Source: Verrucomicrobiia bacterium (GTDB lineage Bacteria; Verrucomicrobiota; Verrucomicrobiia; Limisphaerales; DASXHY01). Taken from it: a DNA stretch of 64,000 bases. A model generated the notes under the pieces. It worked only from the letters and a program-made list of their open reading frames with translations, was not told where the DNA came from and ran no database searches. The position numbers were made by a program, and so were the translations under genes. The stretch lies in NCBI GenBank assembly GCA_035552155.1, contig DASZLX010000035.1, positions 65,381 through 129,380 of the forward strand, written 5' to 3'. This document shows, piece by piece, positions 10,127 to 18,436 of the stretch (position 1 is its first letter; each line of letters starts with the position of its first letter).

Positions 10127-10990
10127 TTACTCGGGAACCGGCGCGTCCAATCGCCGGGCATGGACCTTGGTTTTCGGCGTTCGGACGGCGCCCTCCCCGG
10201 TCGTGGCCAGGCGGTCGTTCACCAGCACGAATTCTCCCGGCAAATCCACCCGCAGGATTTCTCCGGCCCGGCTCACAATGGCGCTGATTTCATAACGATC
10301 CATAAGCCGCGTGTGCAATCGATATACTTGAACCAAGGTATGGCCGATGCGAAGCGAATCCTCGCGCGCATCCCATTTCACACCCAACGCCATGGCCGAC
10401 GGATTCCCCGTGCCGCCAATTTCCTCCACCACTTCCCCGGCCATCGGCCCCAGTAGTTCGGAGGTCAACGCCGCGGGATTTCGCAGATCTGCAAACCGCA
10501 CGACCATATTTATGGGCACCAGGCCGCCCTGCAAACTGAAATGAAGATTCTGGTCGGCAGCGAGCGAGTGGATTTCCCACGTGTACGGCCGCATCGTCAG
10601 CCGCGCGCTGACATCCTGCCAGTTGCGCCTTTTATCCAGCTTCAAATCGCCCTCGAATCGGAAGCGGTTGGTCAATTCCGGCACCACCACACTGCCATCC
10701 AGCCGCAACCGATAGCCCCGGCCCTTCGTCGGCCGTCCGGTGGGCATGTTGTCGTCGCCGATCTTTGACCATTCCTCACCCACCTCGGTTTGCAAATGAC
10801 ACGCCCCCACGAGCTTGTCGCCGTGAAAAACCGTCAACGATGAATCATCCGCCGCCGTCAGGATTTTTTCCCATACCAACCGCACCGGCACCGCACCGGT
10901 GTTTTTGCGGGAGCCAAATTCCGTCTGCCAAAGCAGCACATTCATGGTCAGCCAGAACCCCGTCACCAGAATGAAAACAGCGCGCGACAT
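10127..10990 (-). CDS. hypothetical single-pass membrane protein
   Basis: 287-aa ORF with the N-terminal TM segment AVFILVTGFWLTMNVLLW. Its stop abuts the ABC ATPase start codon. No family recognised. Confidence 0.7.
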   Translation of the reverse strand: MSRAVFILVTGFWLTMNVLLWQTEFGSRKNTGAVPVRLVWEKILTAADDSSLTVFHGDKLVGACHLQTEVGEEWSKIGDDNMPTGRPTKGRGYRLRLDGSVVVPELTNRFRFEGDLKLDKRRNWQDVSARLTMRPYTWEIHSLAADQNLHFSLQGGLVPINMVVRFADLRNPAALTSELLGPMAGEVVEEIGGTGNPSAMALGVKWDAREDSLRIGHTLVQVYRLHTRLMDRYEISAIVSRAGEILRVDLPGEFVLVNDRLATTGEGAVRTPKTKVHARRLDAPVPE

Positions 10991-11049
10991 GGATCAATTT
11001 TAACCACCAACGGCCACGGATAAGCACACACACAAAGTCTTTTCCTTAA

Positions 11050-11079
11050 ATCTGTGTCCATCTGTGCTCATCTGTAGCT
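11050..11079 (-). repeat. 10-bp tandem repeat ATCTGTGNNN x3
   Basis: ATCTGTG/ATCTGTA units at 11050, 11060 and 11070, just 3' of the minus-strand stop at 11086. Confidence 0.8.
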
Positions 11080-11085
11080 GAATGT

Positions 11086-11874
11086 TTACGGAATATTCAC
11101 CGTCTGCCCTACCCGCAGCTTTTTGGCGTTCAACCCCGGATTGACCGCCCCCAGCGACTCCAGCTTCACGTTGAATTTCCTGGAAATGGCGGCCATGGTG
11201 TCGCCGCGCTGGACAACGTACGTGCGCCCGCCGTTGGAACGCGGCGAAACATGCGCGGCATTCCCTAAATTCGGCGGCGGGTTGGATGACACCGGTTGTT
11301 GCGCTTGCACCACCGGCGCCGCCTGGGTTTGGACCGCCGATACCTGCGCCGGCCTGGGCGGCGGAGCGGCCGCCTCCGCCTGCCGATTTGTTTGCGCCCG
11401 GTAATAAGCCCTCCATTGGTCCAGTTCCGCACGCAATTGTTTGTTTTCCTGGATCAATTGCTCCAGGTCATGCTGCACCCCCGGCGAGGACGGCAACGGC
11501 AGCACCGCCTTGGCGAGGTCTTGCTTGCAATTCATGATCCGCTGCTTCACCGCCTCCGCGGTGTCCGCGGTCGGGCGCAACTTGAGAAATTGCTGATAAT
11601 GATAAATGGCCGCCGCCGGGTCCGGCTCTTTTTCCTCATACAACCAGCCCAATTCAAAATGCGCCGACGCATTCCGGGGATTAGCTTCCACCGCCTTTTC
11701 AAATTCATCAATAGCCCCTGAGTAATCCATCCCGTTCAACGCCCGCTTGCCCTCGATGAAATGCGGCTCCTTCTCATCATCCAACTGGCCCTGGCCCGGC
11801 GGCATACACCCGCTCAAGCCCGCGCACAACACAACTGCGAGCGCGCAGCAGAACAGCCAGGCCGAAAACTTCAT
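11086..11874 (-). CDS. TPR + LysM domain lipoprotein
   Basis: Lipobox LSGC from the ATG at 11874. TPR-like YSGAIDEFEKAVEANPRNASAHFELGWLY, an Ala/Pro-rich linker, and C-terminal LysM YVVQRGDTMAAISRKFNV..LRVGQTVNIP. Confidence 0.85.
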   Translation of the reverse strand: MKFSAWLFCCALAVVLCAGLSGCMPPGQGQLDDEKEPHFIEGKRALNGMDYSGAIDEFEKAVEANPRNASAHFELGWLYEEKEPDPAAAIYHYQQFLKLRPTADTAEAVKQRIMNCKQDLAKAVLPLPSSPGVQHDLEQLIQENKQLRAELDQWRAYYRAQTNRQAEAAAPPPRPAQVSAVQTQAAPVVQAQQPVSSNPPPNLGNAAHVSPRSNGGRTYVVQRGDTMAAISRKFNVKLESLGAVNPGLNAKKLRVGQTVNIP

Positions 11875-11980
11875 GGCAGCGAAACTAAACTGACGGGTGG
11901 CGGGTGACAAGAGACATTAGCCCCGCGAAGCGCGCGCCGCCGCGTAAAATTTCCAAAATTACCGCATGAGGCGCTAAAAG

Positions 11981-12103
11981 TTTCAAATTCCAAACTCCAA
12001 GCACCAGAGAAATTCCAAGTTCCAAAAGCGCCGGCGGATTCGAGTCGGAATGGCGCTTGAAGCTTCTCTGGCGCTTGGTGTTTGGACCTTGGAGCTTGGA
12101 ATG
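11981..12103. repeat. TCCAAG-unit long imperfect hairpin element
   Basis: The left arm ..ATTCCAAACTCCAAGCACCAGAGAAATTCCAAGTTCCAAAAGCGCC pairs with the right arm GGCGCTTGAAGCTTCTCTGGCGCTTGGTGTTTGGACCTTGGAGCTTGGAAT. Confidence 0.8.
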
Positions 12104-12108
12104 ACGCT

Positions 12109-12930
12109 TTATTCCAGCGCCTTGTTGGTAAACGGATTCTCCGGAACCCTCGCGCCCGGTATCAACTTAGGCGATACCCAGACTCCCCCAATTACATAAA
12201 TCCAACCTATTATAATATGCGCGCCCGCGGCGGCGGCCAGCCGCACGAGGTCCAGCACGCCCAATCCATAAAAAAGAATGGCGGCAATCATCACCAGCGC
12301 GCCCGGCATCAATGCAGCCCCGGACAGCTTCCAACTCTGGCGCAGATTCAAATCGCGATTGGCAAAAAATCCGCCGAGCCACACCGGCAAAACATAAACC
12401 GTCGCCAGCACCGTCCAACTGGCGAGACACCAAAGCAGCATTCCACAAAAAGCCAGCCATTGCACCGGCGGTTCCCACGCTCCCCACCACGGCTGCAATT
12501 CGTCCCGATTGAACCCGAAACTCCAATCCTTCGGATACGGCCACTCGCGATACCCAGCCAGTGAATAGAAGTAAATATCATTGCGCCCAAATTCCACCTG
12601 GACCTGTGCCGGCGAGCGGATGGTCCCGGTGTGATTGGTATCCACTACAAAAGCAAGAAAATGACCCTCTGCCAGCAGCACCGGCGAATCGGCCGTCCAT
12701 TTCAGCCGGCCGGATTGCATCTGGCCTTTGGCCGGAAGCTGGCTGACGGCCGCACGCACCGTGGGAAACCATGCTGTTCGCAAAAACCAAACCACCACCA
12801 CCGCCGCCGCGAGCGCGAAAAAAAATTGGAATACCAGCAACCGCCTCCCCGGCGCGCGCGCAAAAGCCGCCACCCCGCGCGGCGTCAGCGGCTGCCAGGC
12901 GACGGGTTTGGCGTCAGCCGAATCGCTCAT
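12109..12930 (-). CDS. hypothetical multi-pass membrane protein
   Basis: 273-aa ORF with an ATG start and several hydrophobic segments (LLVFQFFFALAAAVVVVWFL, WLAFCGMLLWCLASWTVLATVYVLPVWLGGFF, ALMPGALVMIAAILFYGLGV). No family recognised. Confidence 0.7.
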   Translation of the reverse strand: MSDSADAKPVAWQPLTPRGVAAFARAPGRRLLVFQFFFALAAAVVVVWFLRTAWFPTVRAAVSQLPAKGQMQSGRLKWTADSPVLLAEGHFLAFVVDTNHTGTIRSPAQVQVEFGRNDIYFYSLAGYREWPYPKDWSFGFNRDELQPWWGAWEPPVQWLAFCGMLLWCLASWTVLATVYVLPVWLGGFFANRDLNLRQSWKLSGAALMPGALVMIAAILFYGLGVLDLVRLAAAAGAHIIIGWIYVIGGVWVSPKLIPGARVPENPFTNKALE

Positions 12931-13079
12931 GTCGCAAACAAAGAATTGTTCACCCCCGCGATTCTAGCAGATAAATTCAATTTGTCGCCGTGGAATGGGT
13001 ATGATTTGAAGTGCGGGTCAAAGACACAATCGCGCGAGTTTTTAAGGCATATCACTGATGGAGGATTATAAAAACCTTT

Positions 13080-14804
13080 TTAATAACGTGCCTCTTTCCA
13101 TGCTTTGACCGGCAAAGTTTGGGTGCTTGCTTTAGCACAATTGGCCAGGATAACGATTTCTACGCCGTCAGAACAATAAAGAATGCCAGAAACAAATTTT
13201 GATCCTTTAGGCCCGGGGGCCAAGCCCCCTTTCCCCCACGGTCCCTCGGGATTTCCCCAATCCCACCCCAGATTCTCTTTGAACATCATTACCGTGGTTG
13301 CTGGACTCAGTACCCGGTACTGTCGAATTCCTTCAAGAAACTTTCCCAGATCCATGGCCGAGGCATACCACCCGCCAGGTCCGACAAAGGCGGAATTGTT
13401 ACCATGATAAACATTAGCGCCCGCATCTTTGTTATCGGGATCGCCGTAACAAAGTATCGATGGTTTGTCATGATAGCTGGAATCCATGTCCGTAATTCCC
13501 ATTGGCATGAGGACGTGTGTTTTCACGTAAGTGGTGCAATCCAGCTGGCTGATTTTTTCGATTAGCAAATGTATGATGTAGTAATTGACATTCCTATATT
13601 GGAAATGCGTGCCAGGTGGGTACGGCAGCGGCAAAGCCAAAAGCCTTCTCAAAGCCTGCGGATTGTTCCCGAAGTCATTGGTGAATCCGCCTCGATGCCT
13701 CATCACCTCGCGGATGGTTATTTTTTTAACATCTTCATTCACATTTGGACAAATTGAACTGATGTACGGCCAAAACGGGTCATCCAATGAAAATTGATGG
13801 CTGGTTCCTGCGCTTTCTTCCCAAAGTTTGAGGATCGCAGTGGCAGTGATAGTTTTGGATACGCTGGCAATATCCATGTGCATATTGACTGTCATTTTGA
13901 CAGCAGGATCAACTGTTTCCCACGGTGCTCTTGCCCACCCACCAGCCAGTTCCACGACCACCTTGCCGTGATCTATCACTACACACTCGTAACCACCGGC
14001 AATTTTCCCATCCATCGCTTCACGAACCATGGCTCCAAATTTACTGGGGTTGAAAGGGCCATAATTCGGAACAAATGCAATCCATTTGGGATGTAACCCT
14101 GCATTGTATTTTTCACCGATGATTTTAGCTGCCGGCAGGTTGGGATCACTTGTCCACCAGGTATTGTGTGCCAGACATATCCAGTTTGTTCCGCTGAAGG
14201 CGACACACTGGATCGGGATTTTATTGCTGGCTGCCTGATCGAGTATTCTTACCAGATCAGCTGATATGCCTTCATAACAATTGCTGGATTTATCGTATTG
14301 GATGACCCAGCCACCCTCCGGTCCATAAGCAAGCGACCTCAGGACATGACCGCTTTTGCCTAATTCCTGATATTTGCCCCAAGCTCCAGCCGGATTACCG
14401 CCACTGCCATACAAGCCGTGCTGGTAACAATTGATCCAACTGCCTGAGCCGGTGATCGCCACACAGTTTATTCCCCACCCAAGTTCTTCGTTATGATGAT
14501 GATATGTGTCGTTCAGGTTTTTATACATATCCAACCCGGTATCGCTCACCTTGAAGCTTTTATCGTTCAAATCAATCCAATCGCCGATGGGGGTAAATGC
14601 AAAGGACTTGATTTCGTAATTATTGTTTTGTGCCTCCTTCAAGGCCGAAACTGCCGATTCAGGCACTTCAGGGCTGGCATAGAATCCATTGGTGTTATCC
14701 AGCAGGACGAACGAATCTGAGACACCCGCCTTGGCACTCAGTAAGAATAAAAAAAATACTAAATTATTGAACCTGGCCGTTCGCAACAAGCGCAAGGAAA
14801 TCAT
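13080..14804 (-). CDS. secreted serine hydrolase (beta-lactamase/PBP-like fold) with repeated N-terminal domain
   Basis: Signal peptide. SxxK motif in DIASVSKTITATAIL plus a class C-like beta-lactamase-fold C-terminal half. The N-terminal half has 4-5 tandem ~45-aa repeats. G+C is visibly lower than in neighbouring genes. Confidence 0.85.
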   Translation of the reverse strand: MISLRLLRTARFNNLVFFLFLLSAKAGVSDSFVLLDNTNGFYASPEVPESAVSALKEAQNNNYEIKSFAFTPIGDWIDLNDKSFKVSDTGLDMYKNLNDTYHHHNEELGWGINCVAITGSGSWINCYQHGLYGSGGNPAGAWGKYQELGKSGHVLRSLAYGPEGGWVIQYDKSSNCYEGISADLVRILDQAASNKIPIQCVAFSGTNWICLAHNTWWTSDPNLPAAKIIGEKYNAGLHPKWIAFVPNYGPFNPSKFGAMVREAMDGKIAGGYECVVIDHGKVVVELAGGWARAPWETVDPAVKMTVNMHMDIASVSKTITATAILKLWEESAGTSHQFSLDDPFWPYISSICPNVNEDVKKITIREVMRHRGGFTNDFGNNPQALRRLLALPLPYPPGTHFQYRNVNYYIIHLLIEKISQLDCTTYVKTHVLMPMGITDMDSSYHDKPSILCYGDPDNKDAGANVYHGNNSAFVGPGGWYASAMDLGKFLEGIRQYRVLSPATTVMMFKENLGWDWGNPEGPWGKGGLAPGPKGSKFVSGILYCSDGVEIVILANCAKASTQTLPVKAWKEARY

Positions 14805-15011
14805 AGCCGGAAAAGTTTTTTCAACAATATGAACCAGCCATTACATGGAAAAGCAGAATAATTTTTAGCCGTATGTCCGAAACGAGATAGAAACAACTGC
14901 GGAATGGCTGTCCTGCCTCGCTTCGATCATGCACCTGACTTCCGGCGGATGAACCAGCTATCAGCAGATGACGTGATGCACGAGGCGCCCCTTTTTGACC
15001 GTCAATCTTTT

Positions 15012-15045
15012 CTCTGTGCCCTCTGTGCCTCTGTGCCTCTGTGGC
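15012..15045 (-). repeat. 8-9 bp tandem repeat CTCTGTGC(C) x4
   Basis: Units start at 15012, 15021, 15029 and 15037. The repeat lies 14 nt 3' of the minus-strand stop at 15059. Confidence 0.85.
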
Positions 15046-15058
15046 AAATGAATTTTAC

Positions 15059-15502
15059 CTACGCCACCGGCGCCTCACCCGCGGGCGGCTGCTGCGGATT
15101 TTGATTCTGCGGCACCACCATCACCGGCACCGGATAGCGCAGCTTCATCACGTCATCCACCAGCACCTCGACATAATACGTCCCGGCCACTTTGAATTCC
15201 ACCTGGCCGAAGACCGTGACATTCGTGGCGTGCAGGTTCGCTTCCTGCAACGCAAATTTCACTTCGCCCTTGCGCAGCACCGTCACTTGGTCCGGTCCCA
15301 CCAGCCGCACGCTTTCCGTGAACTGACCGATCCCGGCCGTCCACCGGTTGAACACGCTCAACTTGAAAGCGACCACCGGCAATTGCGGCACGCGGATGTA
15401 ATTGATGACGCCAATCAGGAAAAAACTCCCGGTGACTTCCTGGCGGATTTCCTCGCACAGCAGCGAGCATTGCAAATCGGGCAAAATTCGTGTCGGTTGC
15501 AT
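15059..15502 (-). CDS. hypothetical protein (DUF6941-like)
   Basis: 147-aa ORF from the ATG at 15502. The sequence CSLLCEEIRQEVTGSFFLIGVINYIRV resembles the DUF6941 family from memory. Confidence 0.6.
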   Translation of the reverse strand: MQPTRILPDLQCSLLCEEIRQEVTGSFFLIGVINYIRVPQLPVVAFKLSVFNRWTAGIGQFTESVRLVGPDQVTVLRKGEVKFALQEANLHATNVTVFGQVEFKVAGTYYVEVLVDDVMKLRYPVPVMVVPQNQNPQQPPAGEAPVA

Positions 15503-15546
15503 GTCTTTAATTGTAGCGGCGGTCTGTGACCGCCGCCGTTTCATTT

Positions 15547-15631
15547 GTTAAATCGGTTAAATGAGTCAACTGCCCAAACTCTCGGTCGCACTTGACTCAT
15601 TTAACTCATTTAACAATTTAGCTCATTTAAC
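15547..15631. repeat. GTTAAAT-unit inverted array (hairpin element), copy A
   Basis: Left arm GTTAAATcgGTTAAATgaGTCAA, a 22-nt loop, and right arm TTGACtcATTTAACtcATTTAACaATTTAGCtcATTTAAC. It abuts the folD stop codon. Confidence 0.85.
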
Positions 15632-16500
15632 TATTTACCCGCCCCCATCTCCGCAGCCCTTACTGTATTCGCCATCAACATCGCAATCGTCATCGGCCCC
15701 ACCCCGCCGGGATTCGGCGTAATCTTCCCCGCCACCGGCTGCACATTTTTAAAATCAACATCCCCCACCAGCTTGCCCTCCACCCGATTCACGCCCACGT
15801 CAATCACCACCGCGCCGGGTTTCACCATGTCCGCCTTTACAAATTCCGCCACGCCCAGGGCGGCGATCAAAATATCCGCGCGCCGGCAATGCGCCGGGAT
15901 GTCCCGCGTGCCGGAATGGCAGATCGTCACCGTCGCATTCGCGTTTTCGTCCTTCTGGCACAGCATCGCCGCCATCGGTTTGCCGACGATGTTGCCGCGC
16001 CCCAGCACCACCACCTCCGCGCCCGCGGTCGTCGTTCCCGAGCGAGCGAGCAATTCGCGGATGCCCGCTGGTGTGCACGGATGAAAACCGCTCGGATCGC
16101 CGAGCATCAATTTCCCCACGTTCACCGGATGAAACCCATCCACGTCCTTTTGCGGTGACACGGTCGAGTAGACCACCGTCTCGCGAATGTGTTTGGGCAA
16201 CGGCGCCTGGACCAAAATCCCATGCACGCGCGCGTCGGAATTCAGCTTTCCAATCAGCGCCAGCAACTCCGTCTCGCTGGCCTGTTCCGGCAGCACGTGA
16301 GTTTGGGAAAACATGCCGAGATCCGCGCACGCCTTCTCCTTGCGGCCGACATAAACCTTGGAAGCGGTATCCTCTCCCACGCGCACGAACGCCAGCCCGG
16401 GTTGCACACCGCGCGCCTTCAAGGCGCTCACCCGCCCGGAAAGCTCACTCAATATCTGCGCGGAGATGGCCCGGCCATCGATCAGGTTCCCGACGCTCAT
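15631..16500 (-). CDS. folD: bifunctional methylenetetrahydrofolate dehydrogenase / methenyl-THF cyclohydrolase
   Basis: Start at MSVGNLIDGRAIS. Motifs VGEDTASKVYVGRKEKA, GILVQAPLP, VVLGRGNIVGKP and PNPGGVGPMT. Confidence 0.95.
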   Translation of the reverse strand: MSVGNLIDGRAISAQILSELSGRVSALKARGVQPGLAFVRVGEDTASKVYVGRKEKACADLGMFSQTHVLPEQASETELLALIGKLNSDARVHGILVQAPLPKHIRETVVYSTVSPQKDVDGFHPVNVGKLMLGDPSGFHPCTPAGIRELLARSGTTTAGAEVVVLGRGNIVGKPMAAMLCQKDENANATVTICHSGTRDIPAHCRRADILIAALGVAEFVKADMVKPGAVVIDVGVNRVEGKLVGDVDFKNVQPVAGKITPNPGGVGPMTIAMLMANTVRAAEMGAGK

Positions 16501-16505
16501 CGGGA

Positions 16506-17624
16506 CTAATCCAGCACCTGGATGCGCTGAATGGTGATGACCGGCGTATTCTTCCAACGCTCATCCAGGCTCTCCTCGCCGGTCACAATGATATGCATCC
16601 CTTTGTAACGGCTCAGGTCGAGGTTGGTCGAGGTGGTGTAGAGATAATTAATCGGCTGATGTGTGTCCTGGCTAACCAGTTCATAGCGCGTCGGCGCCTG
16701 GATGCTGAACGACCCGCGAACAAGTCCTTCATGCTCCACAATGCGCGGAGGCGGCGGCTGGTTGGCTTCCGGGGCCGGCGCGGGCGTTTCCGGCATGGCC
16801 GGCGACGCAATCATCGCCTGTTGGTTCGTGTCCGTCGCACCGACACCGGGCAAGTCCGTGGGCGCGGGCGCCATGGGCGGCATCTCGGCCATCGTGTTCG
16901 TCTCCGGAGCCGGCAGCGGCGTCGGCTGCGCGTTCATCGCCATCGTTTCCTCGCCCTGCTTCAAATATTGCGCGGCCATGAAAGCATACGCATTCGTCGG
17001 CGCCTGGATTTGCGTCCAATCACCCTTGGTGTCAATCGTCTGCACCGCATCGCCTTTTTGCAACGTCCCCAACACGCCGTAATTTTCTCCCGGGCCGGCG
17101 CGCAGGTTCACTTTCTTGGTCGAGACGGTATTGTTCGCATCGAGCAATGACGACTTCACCCAAACATGCGTTTCCGGCGGCAAAAGGATTTTCGCCCAGG
17201 CGGACGGCTCGTCCGGCCCGGACTTTTTCAGGTGCACTTCCTCGATCACCGTCACCGACTCACCATTGGTCATGTGCGTGAGCACTTCGCCCACCAACCC
17301 CGCCTTGCTGCGGACGTTGACGTGATTGGCGGAAACCACCGCAGGCCCGGAAATCAGCGGCACGGATTTCAATTCCGGCGCCGCCTTATGCGCGGCGGTT
17401 TTGCGGACGGTTTTCTTCTTCGTGGTTTTTTTCTTGGGGGGAGTCGCGGGCGCGATGGCGGGCGCTTCCATAGTGGGGGCCGGCTCGGCGGGCGCCGCCG
17501 GCGCGGTCATCGGGGCCGGCTCAGGTGCCGGTGCTTGCAACACCGGCGCGGAATTGCTCGCGTCCTGCGCCAGGAGGCTGGTGGAAATTGCCGCCGCAAA
17601 AATAATCCAAAGATTCTTTTTCAT
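16506..17624 (-). CDS. secreted SH3b-domain protein with Pro/Ala-rich regions
   Basis: Signal peptide MKKNLWIIFAAAISTSLLAQ. Two SH3b-like segments (VNVRSKAGLVGEVLTHMTNGESVTVIEE; VNLRAGPGENYGVLGTLQKGDAVQTI). Confidence 0.8.
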   Translation of the reverse strand: MKKNLWIIFAAAISTSLLAQDASNSAPVLQAPAPEPAPMTAPAAPAEPAPTMEAPAIAPATPPKKKTTKKKTVRKTAAHKAAPELKSVPLISGPAVVSANHVNVRSKAGLVGEVLTHMTNGESVTVIEEVHLKKSGPDEPSAWAKILLPPETHVWVKSSLLDANNTVSTKKVNLRAGPGENYGVLGTLQKGDAVQTIDTKGDWTQIQAPTNAYAFMAAQYLKQGEETMAMNAQPTPLPAPETNTMAEMPPMAPAPTDLPGVGATDTNQQAMIASPAMPETPAPAPEANQPPPPRIVEHEGLVRGSFSIQAPTRYELVSQDTHQPINYLYTTSTNLDLSRYKGMHIIVTGEESLDERWKNTPVITIQRIQVLD

Positions 17625-17627
17625 AAC

Positions 17628-18335
17628 TTAGCCAAGTAGAGAATTTATCTCCGGTTCTGTCAATGCCCGCCATTTGCCGGGTTTCAATTCCCCCAGCTTT
17701 ATTTTTCCAATCTGCACCCGCTGCAAACGCTTCACCGTCGCGCCCTGCGATTCAAACATCCGGCGCACTTCGCGGTTTTTTCCTTCCGTCAACTCCAGTT
17801 CCGCCACGCTCACCGATTTTGTCGCGGAAACCAGGCGCGCCTTTTTGGCCTTCAACTTATCGCCTTCGTGAAACACACCGCGCACGAATTGCTCCAGCAT
17901 TTGCGCTTCCACCCGGCCTTCGACCGTCGCCACGTACTTTTTGCTCACCTCGTAACGCGGATGCGTCAGCCGCAGGGCGAATTGTCCATCATTGGTCAGG
18001 AAAATCAACCCTTCTGTGTCGTAATCCAAACGGCCCACCGAATAAAGGTTATCCCACTCCTTCGGCAGCAATTCGTAAATGGTCGGCCGCTCGAATTCAT
18101 CCTTGCGCGAGCAAACGCAGCCGCGCGGTTTATTCAAGGCCACATACAGCTTCCGCCTCGCGCGGACCAGCTTGCCCTCAACGCTGATTTTGTCGTGAAG
18201 CGGATCAACCTTGGTCCCGAGCTGACGGACTACCTGGCCATTGACCTCCACCCGGCCGTCGAGAATGAACTGCTCCGCGGCCCGCCGCGAGGCAAGCCCG
18301 GCATCCGCGAGGAATTTTTGAAGACGAACGCTCAA
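17628..18335 (-). CDS. rluB: pseudouridine synthase (RluB/RsuA family) with S4 domain
   Basis: S4 N-terminus RLQKFLADAGLASRR. Catalytic region SVGRLDYDTEGLIFLTNDG. Apparent TTG start at 18335 with no in-frame ATG nearby. Confidence 0.88.
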   Translation of the reverse strand: MSVRLQKFLADAGLASRRAAEQFILDGRVEVNGQVVRQLGTKVDPLHDKISVEGKLVRARRKLYVALNKPRGCVCSRKDEFERPTIYELLPKEWDNLYSVGRLDYDTEGLIFLTNDGQFALRLTHPRYEVSKKYVATVEGRVEAQMLEQFVRGVFHEGDKLKAKKARLVSATKSVSVAELELTEGKNREVRRMFESQGATVKRLQRVQIGKIKLGELKPGKWRALTEPEINSLLG

Positions 18336-18339
18336 TGAA

Positions 18340-18425
18340 GTTAAATAGGTTAAATCAGTTAAATGGTTAAATCGGTGTGAGCGCTCGGCTCGTTTAACTC
18401 ATTTAACAGATTTAACCCATTTAAC
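18340..18425. repeat. GTTAAAT-unit inverted array (hairpin element), copy B
   Basis: Four direct GTTAAAT units (spacing 9, 9, 8), a 16-nt loop, and four inverted (G/A)TTTAAC units (spacing 9). Lies between the small basic protein stop and the rluB start. Confidence 0.88.
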
Positions 18426-18436
18426 CCGTCCACCGC

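Noticed and set aside
15012-15045. Possibility that the short tandem arrays are CRISPR arrays
   Set aside because: The units are 7-10 bp with no spacers, there are only 3-4 copies, and no cas genes are present. This is not a CRISPR architecture.
16071-17150. 359-aa Arg-rich ORF antisense to the folD and SH3b genes
   Set aside because: It spans two well-supported genes on the other strand and has extreme Arg/Pro bias.
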